From assembly GCA_017499595.2 (NCBI GenBank), contig CM039007.1:992001-1056000 (forward strand): a DNA stretch of 64,000 bases. Direction: 5' to 3'. This DNA comes from Psilocybe cubensis (Eukaryota). The notes beneath the pieces were generated by a model that was given only the letters and a program-made list of their open reading frames with translations, was not told the origin of the DNA and did no database searches. The stretch's first letter is position 1, and the number at the start of each line of letters is the position of its first letter. The position numbers and the translations under genes are program-made. Of this stretch, positions 24,497 to 37,900 are shown in pieces.

Positions 24497-25480
24497 TATA
24501 AAGTCAGGGTATGCCACGCTGGCTTTTCTTCAGCAACCCGCTCTTCCTGGCTTGGATTTCCTCTCCTCTCCTTTCCTCTCATCTCATTTCATTTCATACG
24601 GCCAACGCGAGTACTGCAGAGCAAAAGGTAAGCGTGCGGCAACGTTGAGCTGGGTTGTTGCTCACCGTGTTGTCACAGCGAAGCAACGCGAGTCTGCGTT
24701 GAAGACGGTGAGCAGTGGCCTGATATTTTGTCGCCCGAAGGACTCGCTGACGCGTTGTTTTCACTAGTGAAGGTGTGCGCTGGAATATGGTGTTGTGCGA
24801 AGGTCAGAATAAGGTCCCCTATCTTGATTTGAGGCATTACTCACTGTCTGGCAACAGGAGCGGTGTTGCACTAGTCGATGTCGATGTCTTGAGGTCAGGA
24901 TAACGTTCGGAACGCCCCCCATAGCGTCACCCCATCGTTGTAACCTCGCCGTTGAGTCGCAATGACACGCTGTTAGTCAGCGTTGACGCTGTGCTGGTCA
25001 ACGTCGAAGTCATAAGGTCAGGCTCCCATGTTTCGATGCGAAGCATTACTCACCGTTCAAAGACAGGGGTATCACACCCACCCTCACTCACGCGCATATA
25101 CACCAACCCCAACGTCCTAAAATCGATGGATTCCTAGTGGTCGAGTCGAGATTGCGCACTGTCAGTTAAGGGTGTTTAAGACAGGTCAGTGTATGTGCAG
25201 AGCGGAAGGAATGACAGGTGCTTACTTTGTGTTGCAGAGTCCCTAACAATGTACTGAGGTAAGAACATCATCTCTGGCCTCGTTAGAAGGATTACTCACC
25301 TTCCAATTACAGGACTGCGCCACGATGTGCACCAACGCCCACTATCGTCCTTCAAATGGATGGATCCCGAGTCGCAACGGCAGACGGACGGCGGATGTTG
25401 ATGGAAGTGAGCTGGAACAAAGTTAGGTGGGTGTGCGCAGGCGTCACAAGGTTGTCGGGGAGATGCAGTGGGAATGTGAC
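24497..25480 (+). ncRNA. Putative micro-exon spliced non-coding transcription unit (copies at +7450 and +14900)
   Basis: TATAAA at 24497, CT-rich tract, then regularly spaced GT..AG introns with branch sites: 24628-24678, 24708-24767, 24803-24857, 24894-24976, 25017-25066, 25185-25237, 25259-25312; most exons 21-47 nt; the spliced product has only short ORFs. Confidence 0.5.
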
Positions 25481-25868
25481 ACGGTCAGTTGAGGAGGCAG
25501 AGAGTTAGCTGTAAAGTATGACAGGTGCTTACCTTGGGTATCCATCGAAGGGAATCACGGGATGTGTCGAGCGGGATGAAGGCAGCGAGGAGCCGTCTGC
25601 GATGAGTTGGCTGAGTGAATGTTTGAAGTGCTTTGATCAAAGGCCAGGTTGTGGAAGCATTGGCTTGGCGTTGGTGGGTACATGTATGCGCATAGACAAG
25701 CTGTGTGGGGCGACAGGGAATGAATGAAACTAGACTCTTATCTAAACATTTCTACGCGAAACGAGTATGTAAGTAGTAAAATTTCAAGCCCAATTGCTGC
25801 TGATGCTGCAGATTGAAATGTATTGATCACACAAGTCACTTGCTCACAAACACCAACGTTGAATGCAA

Positions 25869-27472
25869 CTAATTTCTCGTCACTGCTTCCTGTGCGTGTA
25901 CCACAGCACCCCCTGCAACTTCCCCAGTGATCAACGGGAACCAGCAAGTCCAGTTGTGGGATGGCTTGTATTCCGGAAATTCACGTCGAGCTTTATCAAA
26001 GTCCACAACAAAATCCTCCTTGGCCTGGTTTCTAGAGCTCCACCAGCTCCCTGTTCCTCTCTGCTTCGCCAGGACTTCCAGTTCCATCATCACAATGCCC
26101 TCGTATTGAACAACGGCTGCGATACAAAAGTGGGGAGGAATTCCCGTCATAGCGCTCGCATTTTCTTCCACGCTCCATTCGGCTGAATCTTGACTGTGTC
26201 CACGGATGGACCCAGTGATGGTCATGGCATGTGCGAGTTGTTTCCTCACTTGCCACTCGGCGTTGACCTCTGGGCCCGTGTTAAATCCACCCACGCTGAA
26301 CTGAGCTGGGATACTGAAACTATACTTCCTGTGGTGGCTTTCTTCGTTTTTTGCGCCTATGGCATATTTGGGCGCGACGTCAATCATCTTGGATGGATGT
26401 ACTCCGCGGACAGATTTCAGTTTCCACTTGATCCGCAGAGCGTTGAACCGGCGGGAAGGAGATGGATGGCACTGGAACTGAAGAATCACCAAGCACCTGT
26501 GTGGCTCCAAAACCTGCACAGTCGACAACGATGCTGATAGATACGATGTCGATGACAACTCCTCGCTTATAATGACCGTTGGGGACCTGATAGGTTTTGG
26601 TCGATGCAACCCAGGTAAGAACCTCCAATGGTCCGAACTGTGTGTTTCCGTGGTCTCAGTTCTGGCTATAATCGCCTTGTCTTGTTGTTGCACTGCGTAA
26701 CCTGGAGGCGGTCCTGGAGGTGGAGCGTATTGTGGTTCTCCAAATGTCGCAGGCTTGGACTCGTCAAATAAACCGGGATATCGATCTTGAACAATGCTAA
26801 TCTGAGAGGTATTCAATTTTAATTCTTCTAAAAGTCGTGCCGCTCACCTCGTTGACATACGCCGCATACCGACTTCTATGCTCCTTCCATTTCTGCTCGA
26901 GAGACGTCAGCTGAAGGTTAGTAAATGCCTGCATGAGCATCTTCTCCCTCCGTAATTGTGAACTCGTTTCCATCGCCATTTCGTTCCACCAGGCAGCAAA
27001 CTTTGTTAATATAATGCTGAACTGCTCCAAGTCCTGTACGCCTTTGGAAAGCAGTGTTTGCATCTCAGTAATACCGCAATCCCTTGTGGAATCTTTTTCG
27101 ACCTTTATCTTATTTAGAAGCTACCGTTCTCATGAGATCAGCAAGGCCACCTTTCAGACAAACATTGTACTTGCCTCTTCCACCGTCGTACGAACGTGAA
27201 TAAAACCCAACTTTGCCTCTACTGCCTTGTCGTATCCTTGCTGTGTCGATTCCTTCACTCCTTTCAAAAACGCAATTCGGTCTTCGGGAGTTGAATGCGG
27301 CATGAATTTAATAAGCGCTAAAGCATCATCGCAGATCGTGAATCCAACATGAGCAGCATCGACGCTGGAACGAATGGCTTTGGAATAAATGATGGCTTGC
27401 TGTTACAATACCAAGTTGTGAGCTAAAGTGTAATGTTGAGGTAATGAACCATGCTCATCTCGCATCATGATC
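25869..27472 (-). pseudogene. Gene A copy 2 (5'-deleted)
   Basis: Appears identical to copy 3; lacks exon 1 and ATG; exons 2-4 open from the internal Met. Confidence 0.75.
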
Positions 27473-30400
27473 TAGGAATCAAATCTTACGAGACAATGGG
27501 CGCTTAAGGGATAATTTCTCGTTATAATAGAGTATTAATAGTACAAAATTCGCACAGAAAGGGGACCCTGATGAAAAGAGATAGAAGTTCGAAACTGCCA
27601 TTCCTCTTCCATCATCTAAACCGACCTGGTTTCTCCCCGCCCGAAGGCCGTGGACGGGGAGAAACGGCGTGAGGGGTTACGCCCTCACGCACTACCAACA
27701 AATGCGTTGAAGCACCAAAAGTCCTAAAATCGAGTTTGAGTGCAAGTTTTGATTTTCAGGAGATGGCTTACTGATCCAGACCCGAGACCTTTGCATACCT
27801 GCAAAATTGAACTTTTAACCCAAGGGTCGAGTTCGAGGCTGGGAACTCACAAGGCGTGTTACAGAGTTTGCGGGACATTGAAAAATCAAATTTTCAACAC
27901 GAGGGATGAGATCAAGGGCGTTCAGTTGCGGGACATCCGGAGAATGAGTTGCCATGAAGGTAGTTTGGTGGGAACTGGATTCTAAGTGAGCGGGAACCAT
28001 GATTAACGGCAACAAGGTGTGTAATGACAAGTTTGCGGGACAGACACGAGGGGAAGACCGGTTGTTTGCTGCTGGAACCTGCACATTGGATGTAGCTGTT
28101 GCAAGACGAAGGTTCCCTGATGTCAAGTTTGCGGGACATCCATAAATCAAATTTCTGACACGTGGGATAAGTGTCAGAGGTGGTTTAGCAGGAAACGAGT
28201 TCTAAGTGATAGAATCACATCAGTAACAATTGAAAGTCAACAAAGAAGGGAACCGACCAGGTAATCGAGGACAAGATCGCGGGACGTTCAAAAATCGAAT
28301 TTTGAACACAAAGGGTAGACCTGTTGTTTTCTGTCGGAATCCGTAACATATGGGTGGGTATGACAAGAGCGTGTGGGCGTCATGTTTGCGGGACATCCGA
28401 AAATCGAATTTTAAATCCAAGGGTTTGAAGGGCAAGTTGAAGTTTATGGTGTAAATCAAGTCTAAGTGAAGAAAATACATCAGTACATTGCTGCAATTCT
28501 ATCAATGAAGACCACTGACCAGGTATTCCCGGACAAGTTCACGGGACGCTCAAAAATCAGATTTTGAATGCGAGGGGTGGGTGCATGTTGGTAGCGAGGG
28601 TTGTGGTTCACCGGACCTCGAAAAATCGAATTTTCATAGCGCGAGTAGAGTTCTAAGTGCATGGATTGAATGAGTACACCACAGCTGCCCGGCACATAGC
28701 AAGAACCTACCTAGAGGTAGCAAGAAATGTCAACGTTGGTGCTGCGTATGACATGGGAGTAGGGGTTAGAAGTGCATGGCACAGCCACGTACGTCTGGTG
28801 GAGAGGCATAAGGACGGGATACAATCCCTGGGGACTCGTAAATTCTGCTGCTGCTTATATGCATTTCTCCAAGGTCCCCGTCTCGCAGCCCTGACCGAGT
28901 CATTAGTCCCGGAACTTTGCACACACTCCATGATACGTGGCAACAGGCATATTCCGGCAGCAACAACTCGAAAATGTAATCGTTGATCGGGACTCGTTAA
29001 TCTATTTTCATGCATTTGTTACTGCTCAACATAAACATATTGCATGTATTCCAAGGAGAAATCCCAAATTGTGCACTCAAAGCGATTTCCAACGGGCACT
29101 TTATATTGTTGACATCCACTTTTGTGTACATACATTTTCACGTTTAAAACGCCCCGACTAACCTACATTTAGCACAGCTCAATCGAAAAGTCAGATCTAG
29201 GGACAGTTTCTTATCACAGACGCCCTCAAATCCAAGATACCGGGAGCACCCCTGCACCCCATCAATCGAGATTTTCCCCTTTCCAACTCGATAACGTACC
29301 TTGCCTGCAAGGTGAAGAATGTCGTCATTAGCAAGAGTTGTGCTCGGGTCGCCAAGGGGCTAGGGGTATAGAAGCAGCTGAGCTCGAGTGTATCCCTGAG
29401 TGCGCCCTAATTCTGGGAAAATACATTCACTTTCCGGATTTAAATCACGAACAGTAACACGTCATAGCATGCCAGACGGCTCAAATGCACGGCTAATGGA
29501 ATCATCGCACGCCCTGTGCGCATTTTGTGTCTGAAATTTACCCGTTTTTAACATTTTAAATCTTCAAGTTGCTTGGTGACATATTTGCAGTCATGTAATG
29601 TTGCAGATTGGTGATATCATTGCGCCCAATCTACTCTGTAAACCCTTGCAGCGTGATTGACGTCGTTGAGGTGCTAGGTGTTAAAATAAGCGCCCATGTG
29701 TTCGACGTCTGTATTGTTCATTTTCGGGTCACTTGTGGACAATCCGAGCATTCGACACTTGTATTATACACTGTATGGCAATGTACCGAGCTCTAAACTA
29801 TCGTCAAGTCAAATATACGGTCACCGGAAGTACGAAAACGCGGTTTGATTTAGTGTTGCTTTTGAATGCGGTCTCGCAGGTCCAGCATCCAACCAAACCG
29901 CTTGTCCCATCTCTCAATGGGGTTGGAATGCAAAGTTATATCCATCCAGATTATCCGGTACAGTCAAATCATCTTCCATCCCGCACAAAGCATGCGACGT
30001 GGCACGGGTACTCTATAATCTTCAGGTACATTTCATCTCTATTACCGCATTTTTAGGTCAATTTAACAGGTCTAGCGTATCTTAAAATACAATATCAACT
30101 TACATTACATCTTTGTTGCGATGTATCGTATCTGAATGGAGCAAAAAAAGGTTGATATTCCGGATATACACCATTTCTGCTTATTTCAATGGATTCCGGA
30201 GAAAGGTTTTGTATGTATCAGTGCAAATAAAATGCTCACTTTGACTCTCTTTGAAATGAAGTCCCTTTATATCCACACAGAAGCCGAACAAATACATACC
30301 TACGCTCCCAGTATGTACACAGCTCACATCGACCTCAAACGAGCAAAAACACACTCACCAAGCACACCTACACCTCCCCATCACACACACACCATTCCCA

Positions 30401-33318
30401 ACGCACACCAAAACCAAACACCACAACCTCTCCAACCGGCACGCAACACGCGCACACACACACCCTCCCCAAATCCCTCGTTCGGGATACACAACCTCCA
30501 AACACCGCCCTTTCCCAACGCATCCCTGAACGAAAACCACGGGAAGAAGGCGTGTCGTAAGTCTCGTAAGCGCTAGCGGAGGTGCTAATGCAGATAATTT
30601 TTATTCTGGCCTTGGAAGCGCGTGGATGTTGAGAAGGTGACATTGGAGGAGGTGCCGGTGTGCATCGTGATAGGCGTGAATATGGGTTTTTTGCGGCGGT
30701 GTGGTTGTTGGGGTATTATAAGGGTCGATAGTTGTACAGTTTATTTGTGGTAGAGAGAATCTGAGGTTGAGAAAAGTAAGTGATGAGATACGAATCTGGT
30801 TCCGAAGAACACAATCACCTTCAATCGTGTCGATGTGCTAGTATATTCGTGTTGCCCTGTAGAATCCCATGCATTATCGCACTATAATACCAAATCAGGC
30901 CCATGAACACCCCAAAGAGAACATACCATTGCCCTCGAAAAGATTTCACAACCACGATACCCACAACCAAAAACAACGCCTCCTCCTTCCGCTCTTCAAA
31001 CTACACCCCGCTCACAACGCACCTGTTTCAAAACAATATAAATGCCGTATACAGAGTCCGTAAGCGTGTAAAATAGAACGCAACCGGCGTTCTCTGGATG
31101 CATTAAGGTAGCGAGCTCGCTGAGAGCAATCAATCTACTTGTATTATTTCCGGGCAGTTTTCTGCGTTTCTAATGAATGCAATAAGTACATTGTGCATTG
31201 CACCGGCCAAGAGGTAGAAGTGATACGTTACCTGGACATACCACAAACCGCATAACATCACAGAATCACACCAACAAGTTCCAGCTCGTCTCGGACATCC
31301 TATCCTCCTCCCCGGAATCGCGTACACCTCGCCGTTCAAAACGCAGCATTCAATCCGGTTCTTTGCGGTACTAGCACCATCAAATATCACTGTCGTAAGC
31401 AATTTAGGATCGAAGAATGTTATTGTTGACACTCGGGAGTTGCGGGCAGGTTGGATGGGGACGTACATTTGATTTGCGAGAAATTCAATGTGCAATTGAA
31501 TTTACCCGCTTTCCAAGAATGCGACGTGTACAGACTCACAGAAAGGAGGTTAGTCCATAACGTACTGAGTAGGTCCCCGTGTGTCTGTTGGTAGAATGAA
31601 GACCCGAGAGCGAGGTGATCTGAATACAGAGATTTGCCAAGTTCTGGCAGCGACATTTAGATTTTCACAAATCATGTCCTACGACGCACTGTACATGATC
31701 CAGAACTAGCAAGATTGGAATATCTCTGCGCTTACAATAGTCAGCCCGAAGACAAAATCCACACCTCTTCAATGGGGTCCACTGCATTCAATGGAATACC
31801 TACACACAGTGACTTGGAAAAACACCAAAAACGCAATCCGAACCACCTATCTTTTGCTTACATACAACGGCGATGATGGCATATCGGTTATTGGACCTCA
31901 CATGAAGCATATTTCGGAAGGAAAGAAGGCAACGTAAGTGGAAGGGTATAAAGTCAGGGTATGCCACGCTGGCTTTTCTTCAGCAACCCGCTCTTCCTGG
32001 CTTGGATTTCCTCTCCTCTCCTTTCCTCTCATCTCATTTCATTTCATACGGCCAACGCGAGTACTGCAGAGCAAAAGGTAAGCGTGCGGCAACGTTGAGC
32101 TGGGTTGTTGCTCACCGTGTTGTCACAGCGAAGCAACGCGAGTCTGCGTTGAAGACGGTGAGCAGTGGCCTGATATTTTGTCGCCCGAAGGACTCGCTGA
32201 CGCGTTGTTTTCACTAGTGAAGGTGTGCGCTGGAATATGGTGTTGTGCGAAGGTCAGAATAAGGTCCCCTATCTTGATTTGAGGCATTACTCACTGTCTG
32301 GCAACAGGAGCGGTGTTGCACTAGTCGATGTCGATGTCTTGAGGTCAGGATAACGTTCGGAACGCCCCCCATAGCGTCACCCCATCGTTGTAACCTCGCC
32401 GTTGAGTCGCAATGACACGCTGTTAGTCAGCGTTGACGCTGTGCTGGTCAACGTCGAAGTCATAAGGTCAGGCTCCCATGTTTCGATGCGAAGCATTACT
32501 CACCGTTCAAAGACAGGGGTATCACACCCACCCTCACTCACGCGCATATACACCAACCCCAACGTCCTAAAATCGATGGATTCCTAGTGGTCGAGTCGAG
32601 ATTGCGCACTGTCAGTTAAGGGTGTTTAAGACAGGTCAGTGTATGTGCAGAGCGGAAGGAATGACAGGTGCTTACTTTGTGTTGCAGAGTCCCTAACAAT
32701 GTACTGAGGTAAGAACATCATCTCTGGCCTCGTTAGAAGGATTACTCACCTTCCAATTACAGGACTGCGCCACGATGTGCACCAACGCCCACTATCGTCC
32801 TTCAAATGGATGGATCCCGAGTCGCAACGGCAGACGGACGGCGGATGTTGATGGAAGTGAGCTGGAACAAAGTTAGGTGGGTGTGCGCAGGCGTCACAAG
32901 GTTGTCGGGGAGATGCAGTGGGAATGTGACACGGTCAGTTGAGGAGGCAGAGAGTTAGCTGTAAAGTATGACAGGTGCTTACCTTGGGTATCCATCGAAG
33001 GGAATCACGGGATGTGTCGAGCGGGATGAAGGCAGCGAGGAGCCGTCTGCGATGAGTTGGCTGAGTGAATGTTTGAAGTGCTTTGATCAAAGGCCAGGTT
33101 GTGGAAGCATTGGCTTGGCGTTGGTGGGTACATGTATGCGCATAGACAAGCTGTGTGGGGCGACAGGGAATGAATGAAACTAGACTCTTATCTAAACATT
33201 TCTACGCGAAACGAGTATGTAAGTAGTAAAATTTCAAGCCCAATTGCTGCTGATGCTGCAGATTGAAATGTATTGATCACACAAGTCACTTGCTCACAAA
33301 CACCAACGTTGAATGCAA

Positions 33319-34922
33319 CTAATTTCTCGTCACTGCTTCCTGTGCGTGTACCACAGCACCCCCTGCAACTTCCCCAGTGATCAACGGGAACCAGCAAGTC
33401 CAGTTGTGGGATGGCTTGTATTCCGGAAATTCACGTCGAGCTTTATCAAAGTCCACAACAAAATCCTCCTTGGCCTGGTTTCTAGAGCTCCACCAGCTCC
33501 CTGTTCCTCTCTGCTTCGCCAGGACTTCCAGTTCCATCATCACAATGCCCTCGTATTGAACAACGGCTGCGATACAAAAGTGGGGAGGAATTCCCGTCAT
33601 AGCGCTCGCATTTTCTTCCACGCTCCATTCGGCTGAATCTTGACTGTGTCCACGGATGGACCCAGTGATGGTCATGGCATGTGCGAGTTGTTTCCTCACT
33701 TGCCACTCGGCGTTGACCTCTGGGCCCGTGTTAAATCCACCCACGCTGAACTGAGCTGGGATACTGAAACTATACTTCCTGTGGTGGCTTTCTTCGTTTT
33801 TTGCGCCTATGGCATATTTGGGCGCGACGTCAATCATCTTGGATGGATGTACTCCGCGGACAGATTTCAGTTTCCACTTGATCCGCAGAGCGTTGAACCG
33901 GCGGGAAGGAGATGGATGGCACTGGAACTGAAGAATCACCAAGCACCTGTGTGGCTCCAAAACCTGCACAGTCGACAACGATGCTGATAGATACGATGTC
34001 GATGACAACTCCTCGCTTATAATGACCGTTGGGGACCTGATAGGTTTTGGTCGATGCAACCCAGGTAAGAACCTCCAATGGTCCGAACTGTGTGTTTCCG
34101 TGGTCTCAGTTCTGGCTATAATCGCCTTGTCTTGTTGTTGCACTGCGTAACCTGGAGGCGGTCCTGGAGGTGGAGCGTATTGTGGTTCTCCAAATGTCGC
34201 AGGCTTGGACTCGTCAAATAAACCGGGATATCGATCTTGAACAATGCTAATCTGAGAGGTATTCAATTTTAATTCTTCTAAAAGTCGTGCCGCTCACCTC
34301 GTTGACATACGCCGCATACCGACTTCTATGCTCCTTCCATTTCTGCTCGAGAGACGTCAGCTGAAGGTTAGTAAATGCCTGCATGAGCATCTTCTCCCTC
34401 CGTAATTGTGAACTCGTTTCCATCGCCATTTCGTTCCACCAGGCAGCAAACTTTGTTAATATAATGCTGAACTGCTCCAAGTCCTGTACGCCTTTGGAAA
34501 GCAGTGTTTGCATCTCAGTAATACCGCAATCCCTTGTGGAATCTTTTTCGACCTTTATCTTATTTAGAAGCTACCGTTCTCATGAGATCAGCAAGGCCAC
34601 CTTTCAGACAAACATTGTACTTGCCTCTTCCACCGTCGTACGAACGTGAATAAAACCCAACTTTGCCTCTACTGCCTTGTCGTATCCTTGCTGTGTCGAT
34701 TCCTTCACTCCTTTCAAAAACGCAATTCGGTCTTCGGGAGTTGAATGCGGCATGAATTTAATAAGCGCTAAAGCATCATCGCAGATCGTGAATCCAACAT
34801 GAGCAGCATCGACGCTGGAACGAATGGCTTTGGAATAAATGATGGCTTGCTGTTACAATACCAAGTTGTGAGCTAAAGTGTAATGTTGAGGTAATGAACC
34901 ATGCTCATCTCGCATCATGATC
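33319..34922 (-). pseudogene. Gene A copy 3 (5'-deleted)
   Basis: Appears identical to copy 2. Confidence 0.75.
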
Positions 34923-37900
34923 TAGGAATCAAATCTTACGAGACAATGGGCGCTTAAGGGATAATTTCTCGTTATAATAGAGTATTAATAGTACAAAATT
35001 CGCACAGAAAGGGGACCCTGATGAAAAGAGATAGAAGTTCGAAACTGCCATTCCTCTTCCATCATCTAAACCGACCTGGTTTCTCCCCGCCCGAAGGCCG
35101 TGGACGGGGAGAAACGGCGTGAGGGGTTACGCCCTCACGCACTACCAACAAATGCGTTGAAGCACCAAAAGTCCTAAAATCGAGTTTGAGTGCAAGTTTT
35201 GATTTTCAGGAGATGGCTTACTGATCCAGACCCGAGACCTTTGCATACCTGCAAAATTGAACTTTTAACCCAAGGGTCGAGTTCGAGGCTGGGAACTCAC
35301 AAGGCGTGTTACAGAGTTTGCGGGACATTGAAAAATCAAATTTTCAACACGAGGGATGAGATCAAGGGCGTTCAGTTGCGGGACATCCGGAGAATGAGTT
35401 GCCATGAAGGTAGTTTGGTGGGAACTGGATTCTAAGTGAGCGGGAACCATGATTAACGGCAACAAGGTGTGTAATGACAAGTTTGCGGGACAGACACGAG
35501 GGGAAGACCGGTTGTTTGCTGCTGGAACCTGCACATTGGATGTAGCTGTTGCAAGACGAAGGTTCCCTGATGTCAAGTTTGCGGGACATCCATAAATCAA
35601 ATTTCTGACACGTGGGATAAGTGTCAGAGGTGGTTTAGCAGGAAACGAGTTCTAAGTGATAGAATCACATCAGTAACAATTGAAAGTCAACAAAGAAGGG
35701 AACCGACCAGGTAATCGAGGACAAGATCGCGGGACGTTCAAAAATCGAATTTTGAACACAAAGGGTAGACCTGTTGTTTTCTGTCGGAATCCGTAACATA
35801 TGGGTGGGTATGACAAGAGCGTGTGGGCGTCATGTTTGCGGGACATCCGAAAATCGAATTTTAAATCCAAGGGTTTGAAGGGCAAGTTGAAGTTTATGGT
35901 GTAAATCAAGTCTAAGTGAAGAAAATACATCAGTACATTGCTGCAATTCTATCAATGAAGACCACTGACCAGGTATTCCCGGACAAGTTCACGGGACGCT
36001 CAAAAATCAGATTTTGAATGCGAGGGGTGGGTGCATGTTGGTAGCGAGGGTTGTGGTTCACCGGACCTCGAAAAATCGAATTTTCATAGCGCGAGTAGAG
36101 TTCTAAGTGCATGGATTGAATGAGTACACCACAGCTGCCCGGCACATAGCAAGAACCTACCTAGAGGTAGCAAGAAATGTCAACGTTGGTGCTGCGTATG
36201 ACATGGGAGTAGGGGTTAGAAGTGCATGGCACAGCCACGTACGTCTGGTGGAGAGGCATAAGGACGGGATACAATCCCTGGGGACTCGTAAATTCTGCTG
36301 CTGCTTATATGCATTTCTCCAAGGTCCCCGTCTCGCAGCCCTGACCGAGTCATTAGTCCCGGAACTTTGCACACACTCCATGATACGTGGCAACAGGCAT
36401 ATTCCGGCAGCAACAACTCGAAAATGTAATCGTTGATCGGGACTCGTTAATCTATTTTCATGCATTTGTTACTGCTCAACATAAACATATTGCATGTATT
36501 CCAAGGAGAAATCCCAAATTGTGCACTCAAAGCGATTTCCAACGGGCACTTTATATTGTTGACATCCACTTTTGTGTACATACATTTTCACGTTTAAAAC
36601 GCCCCGACTAACCTACATTTAGCACAGCTCAATCGAAAAGTCAGATCTAGGGACAGTTTCTTATCACAGACGCCCTCAAATCCAAGATACCGGGAGCACC
36701 CCTGCACCCCATCAATCGAGATTTTCCCCTTTCCAACTCGATAACGTACCTTGCCTGCAAGGTGAAGAATGTCGTCATTAGCAAGAGTTGTGCTCGGGTC
36801 GCCAAGGGGCTAGGGGTATAGAAGCAGCTGAGCTCGAGTGTATCCCTGAGTGCGCCCTAATTCTGGGAAAATACATTCACTTTCCGGATTTAAATCACGA
36901 ACAGTAACACGTCATAGCATGCCAGACGGCTCAAATGCACGGCTAATGGAATCATCGCACGCCCTGTGCGCATTTTGTGTCTGAAATTTACCCGTTTTTA
37001 ACATTTTAAATCTTCAAGTTGCTTGGTGACATATTTGCAGTCATGTAATGTTGCAGATTGGTGATATCATTGCGCCCAATCTACTCTGTAAACCCTTGCA
37101 GCGTGATTGACGTCGTTGAGGTGCTAGGTGTTAAAATAAGCGCCCATGTGTTCGACGTCTGTATTGTTCATTTTCGGGTCACTTGTGGACAATCCGAGCA
37201 TTCGACACTTGTATTATACACTGTATGGCAATGTACCGAGCTCTAAACTATCGTCAAGTCAAATATACGGTCACCGGAAGTACGAAAACGCGGTTTGATT
37301 TAGTGTTGCTTTTGAATGCGGTCTCGCAGGTCCAGCATCCAACCAAACCGCTTGTCCCATCTCTCAATGGGGTTGGAATGCAAAGTTATATCCATCCAGA
37401 TTATCCGGTACAGTCAAATCATCTTCCATCCCGCACAAAGCATGCGACGTGGCACGGGTACTCTATAATCTTCAGGTACATTTCATCTCTATTACCGCAT
37501 TTTTAGGTCAATTTAACAGGTCTAGCGTATCTTAAAATACAATATCAACTTACATTACATCTTTGTTGCGATGTATCGTATCTGAATGGAGCAAAAAAAG
37601 GTTGATATTCCGGATATACACCATTTCTGCTTATTTCAATGGATTCCGGAGAAAGGTTTTGTATGTATCAGTGCAAATAAAATGCTCACTTTGACTCTCT
37701 TTGAAATGAAGTCCCTTTATATCCACACAGAAGCCGAACAAATACATACCTACGCTCCCAGTATGTACACAGCTCACATCGACCTCAAACGAGCAAAAAC
37801 ACACTCACCAAGCACACCTACACCTCCCCATCACACACACACCATTCCCAACGCACACCAAAACCAAACACCACAACCTCTCCAACCGGCACGCAACACG

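Larger units (their letters stand above)
20035..25724. mobile_element. 5.7-kb spacer 'X' of the repeat unit; unclassified element-like DNA (also 27485-33174 and 34935-40624)
   Basis: Terminal double hairpin, subterminal motif array, micro-exon unit, no long ORF; no transposase, RT or Rep/helicase recognisable. Confidence 0.4.
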
